A stretch of DNA of 64,000 nt, from positions 1 to 64,000 of the forward strand of contig JBITAJ010000003.1 of NCBI GenBank assembly GCA_044440125.1, read 5' to 3'. Origin of the DNA: Sedimentisphaeraceae bacterium JB056. GTDB lineage: Bacteria; Planctomycetota; Phycisphaerae; Sedimentisphaerales; Sedimentisphaeraceae. Below the pieces are notes generated by a model. The model ran no database searches, was not told where the DNA came from, and was given only the letters and a program-made list of their open reading frames with translations. Positions 1 through 10,556 of the stretch are shown here, in pieces; positions within the stretch are counted from its first letter, which is position 1, and each line of letters starts with the position of its first letter. Made by a program: the position numbers and the translations under genes.

Positions 1-679
1 GCGGTATCTGGTAATCGACCCATGTATGCGGCATGGCACTGGCAACGTACATAAAGAAAGGCTGATCAGAGTTCTTATGTTTCTCAAGATACTCGATCGC
101 GCCGTCAAAGACGATGTCATCCTCAAAGCCTTCGGTCTCAACGAACTGGCCGTTGTGTATCATCACCGGGTCTTTTCTGTTCTTGTCAGGTTTGTGGAAC
201 AGGTCCCATAGAAGCACCTCTTCAAATCCCTGATCCTGCGGCCGCTGGGGATAGTTGTAGCCAAGGTGCCACTTGCCGAAAAGCGATGTTCTGTAACCGG
301 CCCTTTTCATGGCCTCGGCGAGCGTGTATTCTTCGGTGTCCATATTCACGCCGCCCTGCCAGGTGTCCCAGATAGACGTGCGGTAGTTGTAGCGTCCGGT
401 CATCATCGAGGCCCTTGTAGGGGCACATACCGGGCACATATAAAAATCGGTAAGCCGGGTGCTTTCGCGATAGAGCCTGTCCATGCTCGGTGTCTTCACG
501 TACTTGTTGCCGTAACAACCAAAGTCTCCGTATCCCTGGTCATCCGAAAGAACAAAGATAACGTTCGGGCGTTTACCCTTGTAACCGGAAAGCATTTTCT
601 CCTGCAGTGAGCAGCCCGCCTGCCCCAACACCGATGCCGCGACTGCCGATTTCAAAAAACTGCGTCTATTCAATTTCAT
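1..679 (-). CDS. Tat-exported Cys-type arylsulfatase (3' part runs off the window)
   Basis: Not in ORF track. Hand translation from ATG at 679 (GGAG upstream): MKLNRRSFLKSAVAAS (twin-Arg)...RPNVIFVLSDDQGYGD...CAPTRASMMTGR...GKWHLG. Confidence 0.93.
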   Translation of the reverse strand, partial: MKLNRRSFLKSAVAASVLGQAGCSLQEKMLSGYKGKRPNVIFVLSDDQGYGDFGCYGNKYVKTPSMDRLYRESTRLTDFYMCPVCAPTRASMMTGRYNYRTSIWDTWQGGVNMDTEEYTLAEAMKRAGYRTSLFGKWHLGYNYPQRPQDQGFEEVLLWDLFHKPDKNRKDPVMIHNGQFVETEGFEDDIVFDGAIEYLEKHKNSDQPFFMYVASAMPHTWVDYQIP

Positions 680-700
680 ATACAAACTCCGATCAATAAA

Positions 701-3700
701 TTATTGCGGATAATGCTGCGGCGGCACCTGATCCCTGGGAACATACGGCAGGTCCCAGTATGCTGTTCTGCGATTGAACTTCAGCTCCACCGGCGGCGAC
801 CAGTTGAGCCAACTTGAAGGATCGGTACTTATCGAATGCGATTTTCGGCCTTCACCGAAACCGTTAACCGCGCTTACCGCGTATTCATAAATTTCAACTT
901 CAGGTTTATCATAATTCGCCTCGATGCCGGGCAGTTCATAATGCCCCGGCAGACCTGCCTTTTCAGCGTCGAAAAACGAATTATTTTTACCTTTATATAT
1001 AAGTTCAAATTTATTATCAACCTTTTTTTTGCGATAAAGTCTATACTCAACAACGCCCAAAATCTTGCCCCAGCTTAGGTTCACGCCGTCATCCTGTATC
1101 GAGAGGGTGAGCCCCTCGGGATAATGCGGCGGGTTTCGAGAAACATAAACGGGCCATTCATCGGCAGGCTCGCTGAAGAGTTTCCCGTTTCCGGCAACCA
1201 CGCGTATATGATATTTGCCTTCTTTGGAAGGCTTGAACACGAACTGATCAAAAGTGGTCTCTCCTATAGCCCCCCAGTCCGAACCGCCGTTTTCACTTAT
1301 TTCAACGCGGTAATTGCTTGCTCCGGCGCATTTTTCGTAAGAGAGCCTTACACCCCCGGCAAGGTATTCGGTATCGGTAATAACGGGCTTTGCGGGCCGC
1401 GGAGCATCTTTGACAAGCTGCCACTGATATTCACCGGGTTCAAGAGTAAGGGCAATGCCGTTTTCGATTGTCTCGGTTGCTGCTTTTTCACTGTTTATAT
1501 AGAGCTGATAACCGGCGGCATTTCCGATAAAACTAATCACGGTTTCATTTATCGCAACAATTTCCCCTTCCATACGGCCGCTCTTTTCAACTACTCCGCT
1601 TATGGCGGTTTGAGGATCATTTGTCTCAACAGTCAGACCTGGTACTGTGACTTTACGGCTGTTGAACATAGCAAACTCTGTATGCCCGTCATCAAAATGC
1701 CTTATAACACCGGCCTTGCCTTTAAACTCGCCGTCATCTTTTGAATAGGTCACGTCAAGAGCCGAACGGAAAACAATATCGCGGCTGTGAGAGGTTCTCA
1801 CTCTCCATGCACCCTTTGGCGTATCGAAGCCGCGGGATTTACGATATTCCTTAACCGGCGTCATATCCAGGTAATCTATATCGCGTGCGGTCATGTTCTC
1901 CATTTCCACATCGTCCTTATGCGTAACCAGAACGGTAGAGAGAACGGTATTTTCCAGCGTAAAATCACGATGAAAACCTTTGCTCATCGGCGTGATGATC
2001 TCGCTCCAGTGATCGGCGCGAACGGTTTCGGGCTCAAGAAAGATGAGTTTGGGGAAATCGAGGTCTTTGGCCGTGAACCAACTGAAACGACAGGCCGTTC
2101 GCCCTAAAGTGCCGTTCTCATCACAGAGTATCCAGTAGTCGCTTCCCACCAGCATTATCGATCGCGACTTATACTCGGGCCATGAATAGGCGCTCTCGCC
2201 GCGTCGACTGGTAACTTCTGCAAACTGCGCGACACCCATATCATAAAGCGGCTTTTCAAGGACATTGAACCCTATGGAACGATAAGTATGATCTTTCATC
2301 ACCCCGAAAGTGGTAACGCCGTCAGTGGCGTCGAGGTTGCGGTCGCCGGAGCTTTCACGTTCATGGCCGCTTAAAGGTTTGCCTTCGGCAAAGAAGTAGA
2401 TGCTCCCGCTGGCCCCTTCGCCGCCGTTGCCCCAGCGGTAATTCGGGCCCCGGTCAACCTGTTCGAGGTGGATCGAAAGCTCCTGCGGCGTATCGACACC
2501 GCTGCGAAGCACGATGCCGTTGCCTGTATATTTGCAGCTTTTAAGATGCGGATTGGTACCGTTATTCTGCGGGTACCTCTCCTGCATAAGGCTTATCCAG
2601 TCAGCATGTTCTCTGCCCTGCTCGAATCGCCCGCTGACACCGGCCCACATCATATACTCGGCAAGCAGCGGCTCATAGTATCGCATATAATGGCCGTATA
2701 TCTGCACTATCGGATAAACCGGTATCGATGTGCCGGTGCCGTGCGCACCGTGCGATGGATACTGACGCTCGAAGCCCAGTGCCGGATCGTAATCCATCCC
2801 CGGCTGCCACTTCTCACTCAGCGGCGCAGGCTCCTTTCGTCTGCTGCCGTACTGCTGCCGCCAGTATGGATTGGGATTATACACGGGTGCCGAAAGCATA
2901 TCTACAAGCCACCTGCCGCGATTGGCCGCCCAGGGATTGGCCCAGCGGTTTTTGCCGTCGGCCAATATGCCGGCAAACTGCGAAAAGCCCGTGGGCCGCA
3001 GATGTGCCCAGTTATAAACGCCAAGACTCTCCGTCCATCTGCCGCCTTTTGAATTGTATGTTTCAACTTCGGGCCGGGTATACATTTTGCTCGAAATCTC
3101 CCAATACCTTTCGTACTGATCGAGCCATTCTTCGGCCATCGGATGCTCCGGGAAAAGAAACGCTGCCTGGGCAGGTACGCTCCAGCCGTCAGCCGCCATG
3201 TTGGGACAGCCCGCAAGAGCGGTTCTTATAGGATGCAGCTCTTCGCTTGCATTTATGTAAGCCGCCATAAGCCAGAGTGCGTCGATGCGTTTCTTTTGTT
3301 CTGGCGTGAACTCGTTGTGGAGCCTGTTGTAACCGTCTGTGGCCCAGCCGTAAACAAAACGGTGCTGAATTGAGTTGATGCCTGGCCATACGTTGAGGCC
3401 GATAGGATAATAAATAAAACTCGAACGGAAAAGCATATCCTCGTATTCATCGGCAGTTTTAACATATCCCTCGTCAAAGACCTGCTTTTGTTCGGCCTTT
3501 TCATCAGGATATTCGAGCACCCAATGCTTTGTTCTGTCAAGACTCATACAGCCGTAACGCTGATGCATTAGCTGCGCATACCGCAGCCGCATCGTGTCAA
3601 CCTCGAATCTCCCGCCGGAAGAATAACCTTTCTTGTAGGAAGGCATATAGATATCTCGAAGCCTTTCAACCTGCGATTGCCCTGTAGCCGCATCGGTAAG

Positions 3701-4855
3701 CGCGATCGCCGTGGAGCGGCTGCCGGTCGCCAGCGGCCAAAGCCAGTAAAGCACATCATTCGTATACCGGAAAGTTATTGCAAGCTTTTGTGAAGGCTGC
3801 CATACCTTATATTCATAATCTTGCCATTTTAGATGATCGAGCACGAAAACTGAAAGCTCCCTGCCTCCATCTTTGCTCTTTTCCCAAAATGAGGCGTAAG
3901 GCGCAGATTCCCTCACGCCGTTTCCACTGTAGGGCAACACCCGCATCACCATCTCCCTGGCTGGATCCTCACGCCAGCCCGGCGACCAGTGAGGGTCTTC
4001 CTCTATCCAGGATGTTACCAGCGGCTCGCCAATACCCTGCCAGCTTCCGTCATGCTTTCGGAACCATTCGGCATCAGTACTGAAACGGTATGCCGGATTA
4101 AACCTGTCCCACTTCATTATCAGTTTGACATCATCGTATTCGCTAATGCCGGTCATTATCTCTTCAAACTCGATATGCTCGTAGCCTGCGATAACTTTGA
4201 CGAAAGCCGTATACGATGCACCGCTGTCAAAACGGTAGTCCAGCATATACTTAACGAACAGCGACCCGGCTTCGAGCTCTCTGGCCTGCATGGAAATAAT
4301 ATTCGTCTTGCCGCCGGTAATGAACGAAGAGCCCATTCTGGATAATGTCTCAACATAACCGAGCGGGCCGGCAACGCCATCCTCAAGCGTGATCATTTTT
4401 CCCGGCAGAGCCATCTTTATAATTCCGGTATCGAGTTCGATAAAATCTCCCACGCGTTTGGATGAAACAACGTAAGGCGAGCCTTGTGATTGATACACAA
4501 GAGTGCTGCGTTTGCGGAGCTCAAACCGCTTTGACGAACCGGCCCCAAGATCGGTAAAAAAATTAACCTTCGCCTTTTTGAGATAGCCCCCCTGCAGCTC
4601 AACATCGGAAAGCTGAAACATCACGGAATACTTTGTCTGCGTATCGATCAGCTCAAGCTCATCAGCTCTTATCTTTGCCGCCCCAAAATCAACATCGCAG
4701 CCTATCAGTGTGCGTGGATACGAATAACCTTCAAATCCCGTATTTTCGCTAAGTTCAAAAACTGCTTTCCTGTTTTCAAACTCTGTAATATAATCCACTG
4801 ATGCCGCCGCATTAAAAATCACAAAAAGAACAAAAACGGCAATTAAATTTCTCAT
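701..4855 (-). CDS. Large secreted protein of unknown function, possibly polysaccharide lyase-like, with C-terminal FN3-like domains
   Basis: Sec signal MRNLIAVFVLFVIFNAAA; Trp/Tyr-rich core; FN3-like ends (LSWGKILGVVEYRLY...YAVSAVNGFGEGRKS). ATG 4855 preferred over TTG 4858. Confidence 0.6.
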   Translation of the reverse strand: MRNLIAVFVLFVIFNAAASVDYITEFENRKAVFELSENTGFEGYSYPRTLIGCDVDFGAAKIRADELELIDTQTKYSVMFQLSDVELQGGYLKKAKVNFFTDLGAGSSKRFELRKRSTLVYQSQGSPYVVSSKRVGDFIELDTGIIKMALPGKMITLEDGVAGPLGYVETLSRMGSSFITGGKTNIISMQARELEAGSLFVKYMLDYRFDSGASYTAFVKVIAGYEHIEFEEIMTGISEYDDVKLIMKWDRFNPAYRFSTDAEWFRKHDGSWQGIGEPLVTSWIEEDPHWSPGWREDPAREMVMRVLPYSGNGVRESAPYASFWEKSKDGGRELSVFVLDHLKWQDYEYKVWQPSQKLAITFRYTNDVLYWLWPLATGSRSTAIALTDAATGQSQVERLRDIYMPSYKKGYSSGGRFEVDTMRLRYAQLMHQRYGCMSLDRTKHWVLEYPDEKAEQKQVFDEGYVKTADEYEDMLFRSSFIYYPIGLNVWPGINSIQHRFVYGWATDGYNRLHNEFTPEQKKRIDALWLMAAYINASEELHPIRTALAGCPNMAADGWSVPAQAAFLFPEHPMAEEWLDQYERYWEISSKMYTRPEVETYNSKGGRWTESLGVYNWAHLRPTGFSQFAGILADGKNRWANPWAANRGRWLVDMLSAPVYNPNPYWRQQYGSRRKEPAPLSEKWQPGMDYDPALGFERQYPSHGAHGTGTSIPVYPIVQIYGHYMRYYEPLLAEYMMWAGVSGRFEQGREHADWISLMQERYPQNNGTNPHLKSCKYTGNGIVLRSGVDTPQELSIHLEQVDRGPNYRWGNGGEGASGSIYFFAEGKPLSGHERESSGDRNLDATDGVTTFGVMKDHTYRSIGFNVLEKPLYDMGVAQFAEVTSRRGESAYSWPEYKSRSIMLVGSDYWILCDENGTLGRTACRFSWFTAKDLDFPKLIFLEPETVRADHWSEIITPMSKGFHRDFTLENTVLSTVLVTHKDDVEMENMTARDIDYLDMTPVKEYRKSRGFDTPKGAWRVRTSHSRDIVFRSALDVTYSKDDGEFKGKAGVIRHFDDGHTEFAMFNSRKVTVPGLTVETNDPQTAISGVVEKSGRMEGEIVAINETVISFIGNAAGYQLYINSEKAATETIENGIALTLEPGEYQWQLVKDAPRPAKPVITDTEYLAGGVRLSYEKCAGASNYRVEISENGGSDWGAIGETTFDQFVFKPSKEGKYHIRVVAGNGKLFSEPADEWPVYVSRNPPHYPEGLTLSIQDDGVNLSWGKILGVVEYRLYRKKKVDNKFELIYKGKNNSFFDAEKAGLPGHYELPGIEANYDKPEVEIYEYAVSAVNGFGEGRKSHSISTDPSSWLNWSPPVELKFNRRTAYWDLPYVPRDQVPPQHYPQ

Positions 4856-4926
4856 CAAAAAAACCTCAACTTACAAACTCTTAAATGTTGTTCGTCAAAT
4901 ATAACCACACACACCCGGGCAAATCA

Positions 4927-7770
4927 TCAGATAACCGACCTGAGCCATTGCTTTGTAAACTCAGCAAGATCCCAGATATCCACCATACAGTCAGGCTCTC
5001 CCTCGGGGCCTGAAATATCAGCATCAAGCTTCAAACCGCTTTGTATTATCGACTGGCAATCATTAAGCCCGGTAACAAACTCATAGCTCATCGTGTCAGG
5101 ATCGTAACTGCCGATGATCGGCTCACCTTCGGTATTCTCAAGATTAACGCATTCAACCGGCGAATAAATATTCACGATAATTTCATCATCCGCATCAATA
5201 ACACCGGTAGTTTCACCGGCACCATAATTTATATTTGCCGTTACTGCCGTCTCGCAATTGAGCAAGGTTACGCCATTATAAACGATTTTCTTAGCCGTCT
5301 TAGCTTCAAAGCTTTTAAGCTCATCGCCGCTGGAGGCATCATAATTGATCTGAAGCTCTGCGGCATCGTAAGTAAGGGGTCCTGCCGTACGAAACTGCGG
5401 CAACTTATCGCAAGCGTTTATTGCCATCATCCCCGCGGTATCACCGTAAACAACGATTGAGGTGGTATCATCCTCATACAAAACGTCTATAACGTATGTT
5501 TTGGCCTCACCAGCAACATTAAGCGTAACGCTGCTGCTGCCTTCGAACCCGGCCGCATCCTGCAATACGGATATTGAAGAAACAATCGTATTAACATCCG
5601 CCAAAGGCGAATGAGGCACAAGCACGCTCATAAATCGCTCACTCTCGCCGGCCTGCAATACCTTACGGGTAAAGGCAGCTCTTTGCCCCTGCCGGGCATA
5701 GCTTATATCGATCGTCTGGTAACCGTATTCATCTGCACCGTTGACGCTGTCCATAAAAACAAGAAGTTCTTTATTTCCGCCGTTGGAGTCGACCCATTGG
5801 GGCCCGCTCTGAGGCTCTCCGGTAGAAGCAAGATTCCACAGCGGTCCGGCATTCCTTCCCGCAGCCTCATTTCCGGCAAGCATATCATCACGAACGATAA
5901 GCACACCATCGGCAGTCATAAGCATTCTCCGGGCGAATTTCGTATCATAGGTAAAATATTCATCACATTTGACCGACCCGTAGCTAACCTGCCCGCAATC
6001 TGCGGCGATCGTTTTATTACGGCGGCTGAACATCTGTAAAAAATTTGCATGAAAATCACTCATGCAAGTTGATTCGTTACTCTCAAAGCGGAAGATAAGG
6101 GGACGAACTTCTGTCAGGTTATTAGAATACTTCCAATCAAGTTTCACATTCGTATATTGTTCAAGATCGACAGTTGTAGGCCCATAGCTTTTAGTATTGA
6201 ACCAGGTACCATCTTCGGTGTAGCCTATCTGCATCGAATTACTGCCCTGAGTTTTGTCATAATTTATAAGACTTTTAAGCCCGCTTATAGTCCATCCATC
6301 GAGCGATTCAAAGTCGTCTATTAGCACCTCGCCTGCCGGGCCTGATAATCTCAGATTATCGAAACGACCCGCTAAAAGCGTACCGCTTGTATTATTCATT
6401 CGCAGGTTTATCGTATCATAGGTTATCTGTCCATGCGGGCCGAATGTTCGTATATTATCAAGCGGAATTTCAAGCGTCTGCCATTGTGCCGCAGAATATG
6501 CCGGTACAGGATATGGGAAACTATCACTCACATCACGTATCAGGCAGAGATTAGAACTTTCGGGTCCCCAACCATGATAACCATTCGTGGTCAAAAGCGG
6601 TACACCGTCATACTCATAATAATTCACTGATACATGCTGATTGATATGGGTATGTGAGCCGTGAGGAGTGAAAAGGTCCATCATCAAATACGGATCGCCC
6701 GCATCCTTTGACTGACACAAAATAAGCTTGTCTTCATAGTCGCTTACCGGGTCGTTTAGGTACGTTTTATAACGTTTGGTCGTAACGGTGCTTTCAAATT
6801 CAGGCGTCTGATAAGCGATCTCTGTTTTCCAGTCCTCCATATAGGTCATCGCGTAAAGCGGCACCTCACCTGTATATCCGAAATCAGGAAGCTGCTCTCT
6901 TTGCGTGATTATATTGTAAATATTATCGGCCGCCCACTGCATTTTCGGATCGTCAAAATGCGCCGCAGCCCTGTACATCGGCGCTATGCGAAAGCCCGCG
7001 GTAAAACAGCTCATCGGCCAGTCAGGATCATACTGCACCTGCCCCGAATCACCGAAATCCGGGGTTTTGCCCGATGGAGCGATATAATCGGCACACCTGC
7101 TGAAATACCCCTTCATAGCTTCCATCTCAGCAACTCGGCCAAGCTTATCCGCCATATGCCACATATAAAACGAACAGATGTAATCATAGTTAGTGGCGTT
7201 CTCCACCGCATCCCCGTTAGCGATCACCTTATCCATATAAGCATTCGAATAAGTCAGCCATTGCAATGCCTTCGACGAACCCGGCCACACAGCCGCCGCA
7301 TAAGCAAGCCCTGCCGCACGTGCAAAATGCTGATTGTGTATATCATCGGCATGAGGATTGATATCGACCGTCGTAAAATTAGCCTCGGCAAACGCCGTAA
7401 GATCGGCATCGAGCTGTGCAGTCATAAACCCGGCATCTTTTATACGCACATAAGCATCGGTGAACGGGTAAGGCAGAAAAAACGAATCGCTTATATTCCC
7501 GGCATTATCAACTATAGCCTGCATAAACACAACGCCCCTGTCGGCATAAGCGTCATCCCCCGTCCAGTCATAAATTCGCATCTTAACCGCGGCCGCTACA
7601 GCGGTATGATAAACATGACCGGTAGCTACAAAATCTGCAAGCTTGGCATCACTGTAAGGGGTCCCATCGGCGGTCAGCGTTGCATCCCAGCCGATAAGAG
7701 TAGCCTTAAAATCAGCAAGGGTATGAACACACAGTAATGTGATAATTAAGAATATAGCCGCCCTTTTCAT
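4927..7770 (-). CDS. Secreted heparinase II/III-like (alpha/alpha toroid) lyase candidate with dockerin-like tail
   Basis: Signal peptide; HN (DDIHNQH), ENATNY, PDFGDS and HGSHTH motifs resembling PL12/15/17/21-type lyases; C-terminal DISGPEGEPDCMVDIWDLAEFTKQWL. Confidence 0.6.
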   Translation of the reverse strand: MKRAAIFLIITLLCVHTLADFKATLIGWDATLTADGTPYSDAKLADFVATGHVYHTAVAAAVKMRIYDWTGDDAYADRGVVFMQAIVDNAGNISDSFFLPYPFTDAYVRIKDAGFMTAQLDADLTAFAEANFTTVDINPHADDIHNQHFARAAGLAYAAAVWPGSSKALQWLTYSNAYMDKVIANGDAVENATNYDYICSFYMWHMADKLGRVAEMEAMKGYFSRCADYIAPSGKTPDFGDSGQVQYDPDWPMSCFTAGFRIAPMYRAAAHFDDPKMQWAADNIYNIITQREQLPDFGYTGEVPLYAMTYMEDWKTEIAYQTPEFESTVTTKRYKTYLNDPVSDYEDKLILCQSKDAGDPYLMMDLFTPHGSHTHINQHVSVNYYEYDGVPLLTTNGYHGWGPESSNLCLIRDVSDSFPYPVPAYSAAQWQTLEIPLDNIRTFGPHGQITYDTINLRMNNTSGTLLAGRFDNLRLSGPAGEVLIDDFESLDGWTISGLKSLINYDKTQGSNSMQIGYTEDGTWFNTKSYGPTTVDLEQYTNVKLDWKYSNNLTEVRPLIFRFESNESTCMSDFHANFLQMFSRRNKTIAADCGQVSYGSVKCDEYFTYDTKFARRMLMTADGVLIVRDDMLAGNEAAGRNAGPLWNLASTGEPQSGPQWVDSNGGNKELLVFMDSVNGADEYGYQTIDISYARQGQRAAFTRKVLQAGESERFMSVLVPHSPLADVNTIVSSISVLQDAAGFEGSSSVTLNVAGEAKTYVIDVLYEDDTTSIVVYGDTAGMMAINACDKLPQFRTAGPLTYDAAELQINYDASSGDELKSFEAKTAKKIVYNGVTLLNCETAVTANINYGAGETTGVIDADDEIIVNIYSPVECVNLENTEGEPIIGSYDPDTMSYEFVTGLNDCQSIIQSGLKLDADISGPEGEPDCMVDIWDLAEFTKQWLRSVI

Positions 7771-7816
7771 ATTGCACCTTGTCCAAACAGACCTTTGATT
7801 AAACTTCTAATAACCG

Positions 7817-8641
7817 CTATTTCAACATTGAAGGTTTAAGACCACCGCCGCTTCTCTCCTCACCATGTCCAGGTAGTGCCCAAACATCATCTTCATGAGC
7901 TGATCCTATAGAACCATCGGCGACAATAAAATTAGCTTTGCCGCCGTGAGGATAAAATCCCCTCCAACCCGTTGAACCAGCTTGAATTATTCCTTCTTCA
8001 ATAGCTTTATTATGAGGCCTCCAGTCGTTTTCATTTATCTCATATATACCATCGCCGATAAGTATCGCCCGCCAGTCATCTTTTGCAACGAAGCTTCTTA
8101 TGCGACTCATTTTCCAGGCTATTCCACCCTTTTGCGGGTCGTAATAGTTGCCATCGGATCTGGAAGGCATTCCCTTTGAGTCAATACTCAAACCGCAGAA
8201 AGCGTAAACCATACCAGTATAATTAAGTATATATTTTTCACCCTCATGCTTGGTATCTTTTGGCGCCCAGAACTCAACAAGATGAACACTACCGCTTTGA
8301 TCAATATCATTCAGTCTGAAAGCGGGACACTCGAAAATCCCTGGCTGGTCACCATACTCCAGATAATCAATATACCAGTCCCTACTTGCATAATCAGGTC
8401 TTTTACCGTCAGCTTCAGACCAACCGTTAGACTTACCCCTTGTCGGATTCGATATTTTATCGTCCCAATCTGCCGCATAAAGCTGCATTTGAGTATATGA
8501 AGTCTTGTTGTTACTGGCACATACAATTCTTTTGGCTTGTTCCCTTGCTTTACCAAGAGCAGGCATAAGCACAGCCATAAGTATAGCAATTATAGAAATA
8601 ACAACCAAAAGTTCGATAAGTGTAAAGGCTTTTCTTTTCAT
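7817..8641 (-). CDS. Prepilin-type N-terminal cleavage/methylation protein with H-X9-DG motif (DUF1559-like)
   Basis: [42 protein letters not shown]-terminal [12 protein letters not shown]. Confidence 0.92.
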   Translation of the reverse strand: MKRKAFTLIELLVVISIIAILMAVLMPALGKAREQAKRIVCASNNKTSYTQMQLYAADWDDKISNPTRGKSNGWSEADGKRPDYASRDWYIDYLEYGDQPGIFECPAFRLNDIDQSGSVHLVEFWAPKDTKHEGEKYILNYTGMVYAFCGLSIDSKGMPSRSDGNYYDPQKGGIAWKMSRIRSFVAKDDWRAILIGDGIYEINENDWRPHNKAIEEGIIQAGSTGWRGFYPHGGKANFIVADGSIGSAHEDDVWALPGHGEERSGGGLKPSMLK

Positions 8642-8658
8642 ATTATTTTCCAGTTTTT

Positions 8659-8692
8659 GTTATCCGAGCACCAAATCCGGCGCCCGGATAAC
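8659..8692 (-). terminator. Intra-operon stem-loop (mRNA stabiliser or weak terminator)
   Basis: GTTATCCGAGCACC...GGCGCCCGGATAAC inverted repeat between the 596-aa gene and the pilin gene; no U-tract on the minus strand. Confidence 0.45.
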
Positions 8693-8719
8693 TATACATC
8701 ATAAATTGTCAATTATTAA

Positions 8720-10510
8720 TTATAAACATCCCTGTGGATCATAACAAGTAAGCCAACTGCTTACAAATTCTACAAGGTCGTCAATACCAACAAAGCAGTC
8801 ATGATTCAGATCACCAGTCAGTATATTGCCTGCGGCAATCTGACCTTCACAACTGTTATCAATATTTGTAATAGTCGCCCTTAATACCTGGCCGCCATTA
8901 TCACCGTCAACTACCGCAACATCGAAATCAACATAACCGGCGATATTGTTTACAATACTGGTTCCACTTATACTAATTGTGTAAGCCCCTGTTGTTGTTA
9001 TCATATCAAATGAATCACCAACATTAAATAATGTATCGTCAAAATCATCAGTTACATCCAGATAAATAGTAGGGGCTCCACCGCCAGAACTATTAAGCGG
9101 AACTGCATCATTAAGTACTTCTATAGGGGTTATACCACCGTTATCAAATGTGAAGTGAAGTTCCGAATTAGGACTGTTGCGAAGCTGGAGACGTCCGCTG
9201 GTAAGCTCTATTCTGTTAGGATCGGAGCCAACCACCTTAATAATCGCCGCACCGGTAGAGTTTTCGGGAGTAATGATGTAGCCAGTCTCTACAGCACCAG
9301 TTTCCTCTATAATAAGAGTAGATACCGAATCAGCAGCCCATGCCATTCTCAGGTCAAGCGGCATAAATTCAGCATCACCTTTAACGGTTATAGTAGATTC
9401 GCTGCCTGCACCCTGCCCCATATAGGAGGTTATGCTTGTAGTAAAGCTGCCGCCGGAAAATTCTGCAACGGCAGAAGAATTATCACCAACACCCATCGTA
9501 AGCAAGTCAGTAGTTAGAGTTCCACCGCTCATAACCAAAGTTCCCTCAGAGTTAGCGGCCTCGCTAATATATACTCTTTCACAATCCAGCAAAGTAGTAC
9601 CCGATATTTCAAGACTGCCGTTTCCTCCACCGTTACCTACATAAAGTCTTCCTGTAAGATTCACTGAAGCATCATCCATCGTTGCCAAGCCCACTGCTCC
9701 AGCAGCATCACCAATACGCAAATATGAACCGCTAACAGATGCACCATTAATATCTAACTGACCTGTAACATTCTCCTGTGCACCGACAATGATAGCTGCC
9801 GAACCTGTAAGTTCACCAGGTGCAGTTATAGTCATAGTACCGTCAATACCCTTGCCGACATTCAAAGCTGTCGCACTGAGCGTACCACCGGTAAGATTGT
9901 AACTGCCGCTGCCAGCCATTGCAGGCCATGGGGTAGTGTAACCATTGGTTGAAGCATCATCGTAGGCTATCTCACCAACTGACATTATCTCAGCTGCAAC
10001 CACGCCACCGCTCTGGTTTACCACGGCAGTTGCACTTTGAGTCGTATCACTGCTTTTAGCGATATTAAAACGGCTGCCGGTAAGATCAAGGCTGCCGCCG
10101 GAAATCGTGAGCGTGCTGCTTACATCCAGACCACGACCAAGATCAAAATTCTCATATCCTTCAGGTCCGCCTGCTCCGCTTATTGTCAGCGACCCGCCGC
10201 TTATCTCTATACTGCCGCCGGTTGTCTGAAGTCCCAGAACAGTAGTATTCACTGAAGAATCTACCTGAACAAGACCGCTCCATACCTGAGCAACATCCGA
10301 AGCGGTAGGAACCGCGTAAGACCCCGTCCCTGTCATCTCACCAAAGAAAGGATCAAGTGTATATATTTCCCAATTAGCTGCCGTGTTCCAGTTTCCGGTA
10401 ACAGCAGAGCTGCCGCCCCAAACCTTCGCTTGATCCGGCACAGCCATAGCTGTCGATACAACGAATACAACACTTATGATTATTGCAAATAATTTATATG
10501 TTTTAGACAT
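8720..10510 (-). CDS. Secreted Gly-rich beta-solenoid repeat protein with dockerin-like tail
   Basis: Signal peptide; GNWNTAANW cap; repeated (I/L)SGGxL units; ends GDLNHDCFVGIDDLVEFVSSWLTCYDPQGCL. Confidence 0.7.
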   Translation of the reverse strand: MSKTYKLFAIIISVVFVVSTAMAVPDQAKVWGGSSAVTGNWNTAANWEIYTLDPFFGEMTGTGSYAVPTASDVAQVWSGLVQVDSSVNTTVLGLQTTGGSIEISGGSLTISGAGGPEGYENFDLGRGLDVSSTLTISGGSLDLTGSRFNIAKSSDTTQSATAVVNQSGGVVAAEIMSVGEIAYDDASTNGYTTPWPAMAGSGSYNLTGGTLSATALNVGKGIDGTMTITAPGELTGSAAIIVGAQENVTGQLDINGASVSGSYLRIGDAAGAVGLATMDDASVNLTGRLYVGNGGGNGSLEISGTTLLDCERVYISEAANSEGTLVMSGGTLTTDLLTMGVGDNSSAVAEFSGGSFTTSITSYMGQGAGSESTITVKGDAEFMPLDLRMAWAADSVSTLIIEETGAVETGYIITPENSTGAAIIKVVGSDPNRIELTSGRLQLRNSPNSELHFTFDNGGITPIEVLNDAVPLNSSGGGAPTIYLDVTDDFDDTLFNVGDSFDMITTTGAYTISISGTSIVNNIAGYVDFDVAVVDGDNGGQVLRATITNIDNSCEGQIAAGNILTGDLNHDCFVGIDDLVEFVSSWLTCYDPQGCL

Positions 10511-10556
10511 TATTATTCTCCTTATTGAGTTTTGATTCTATATTTGTGCAGTATGA

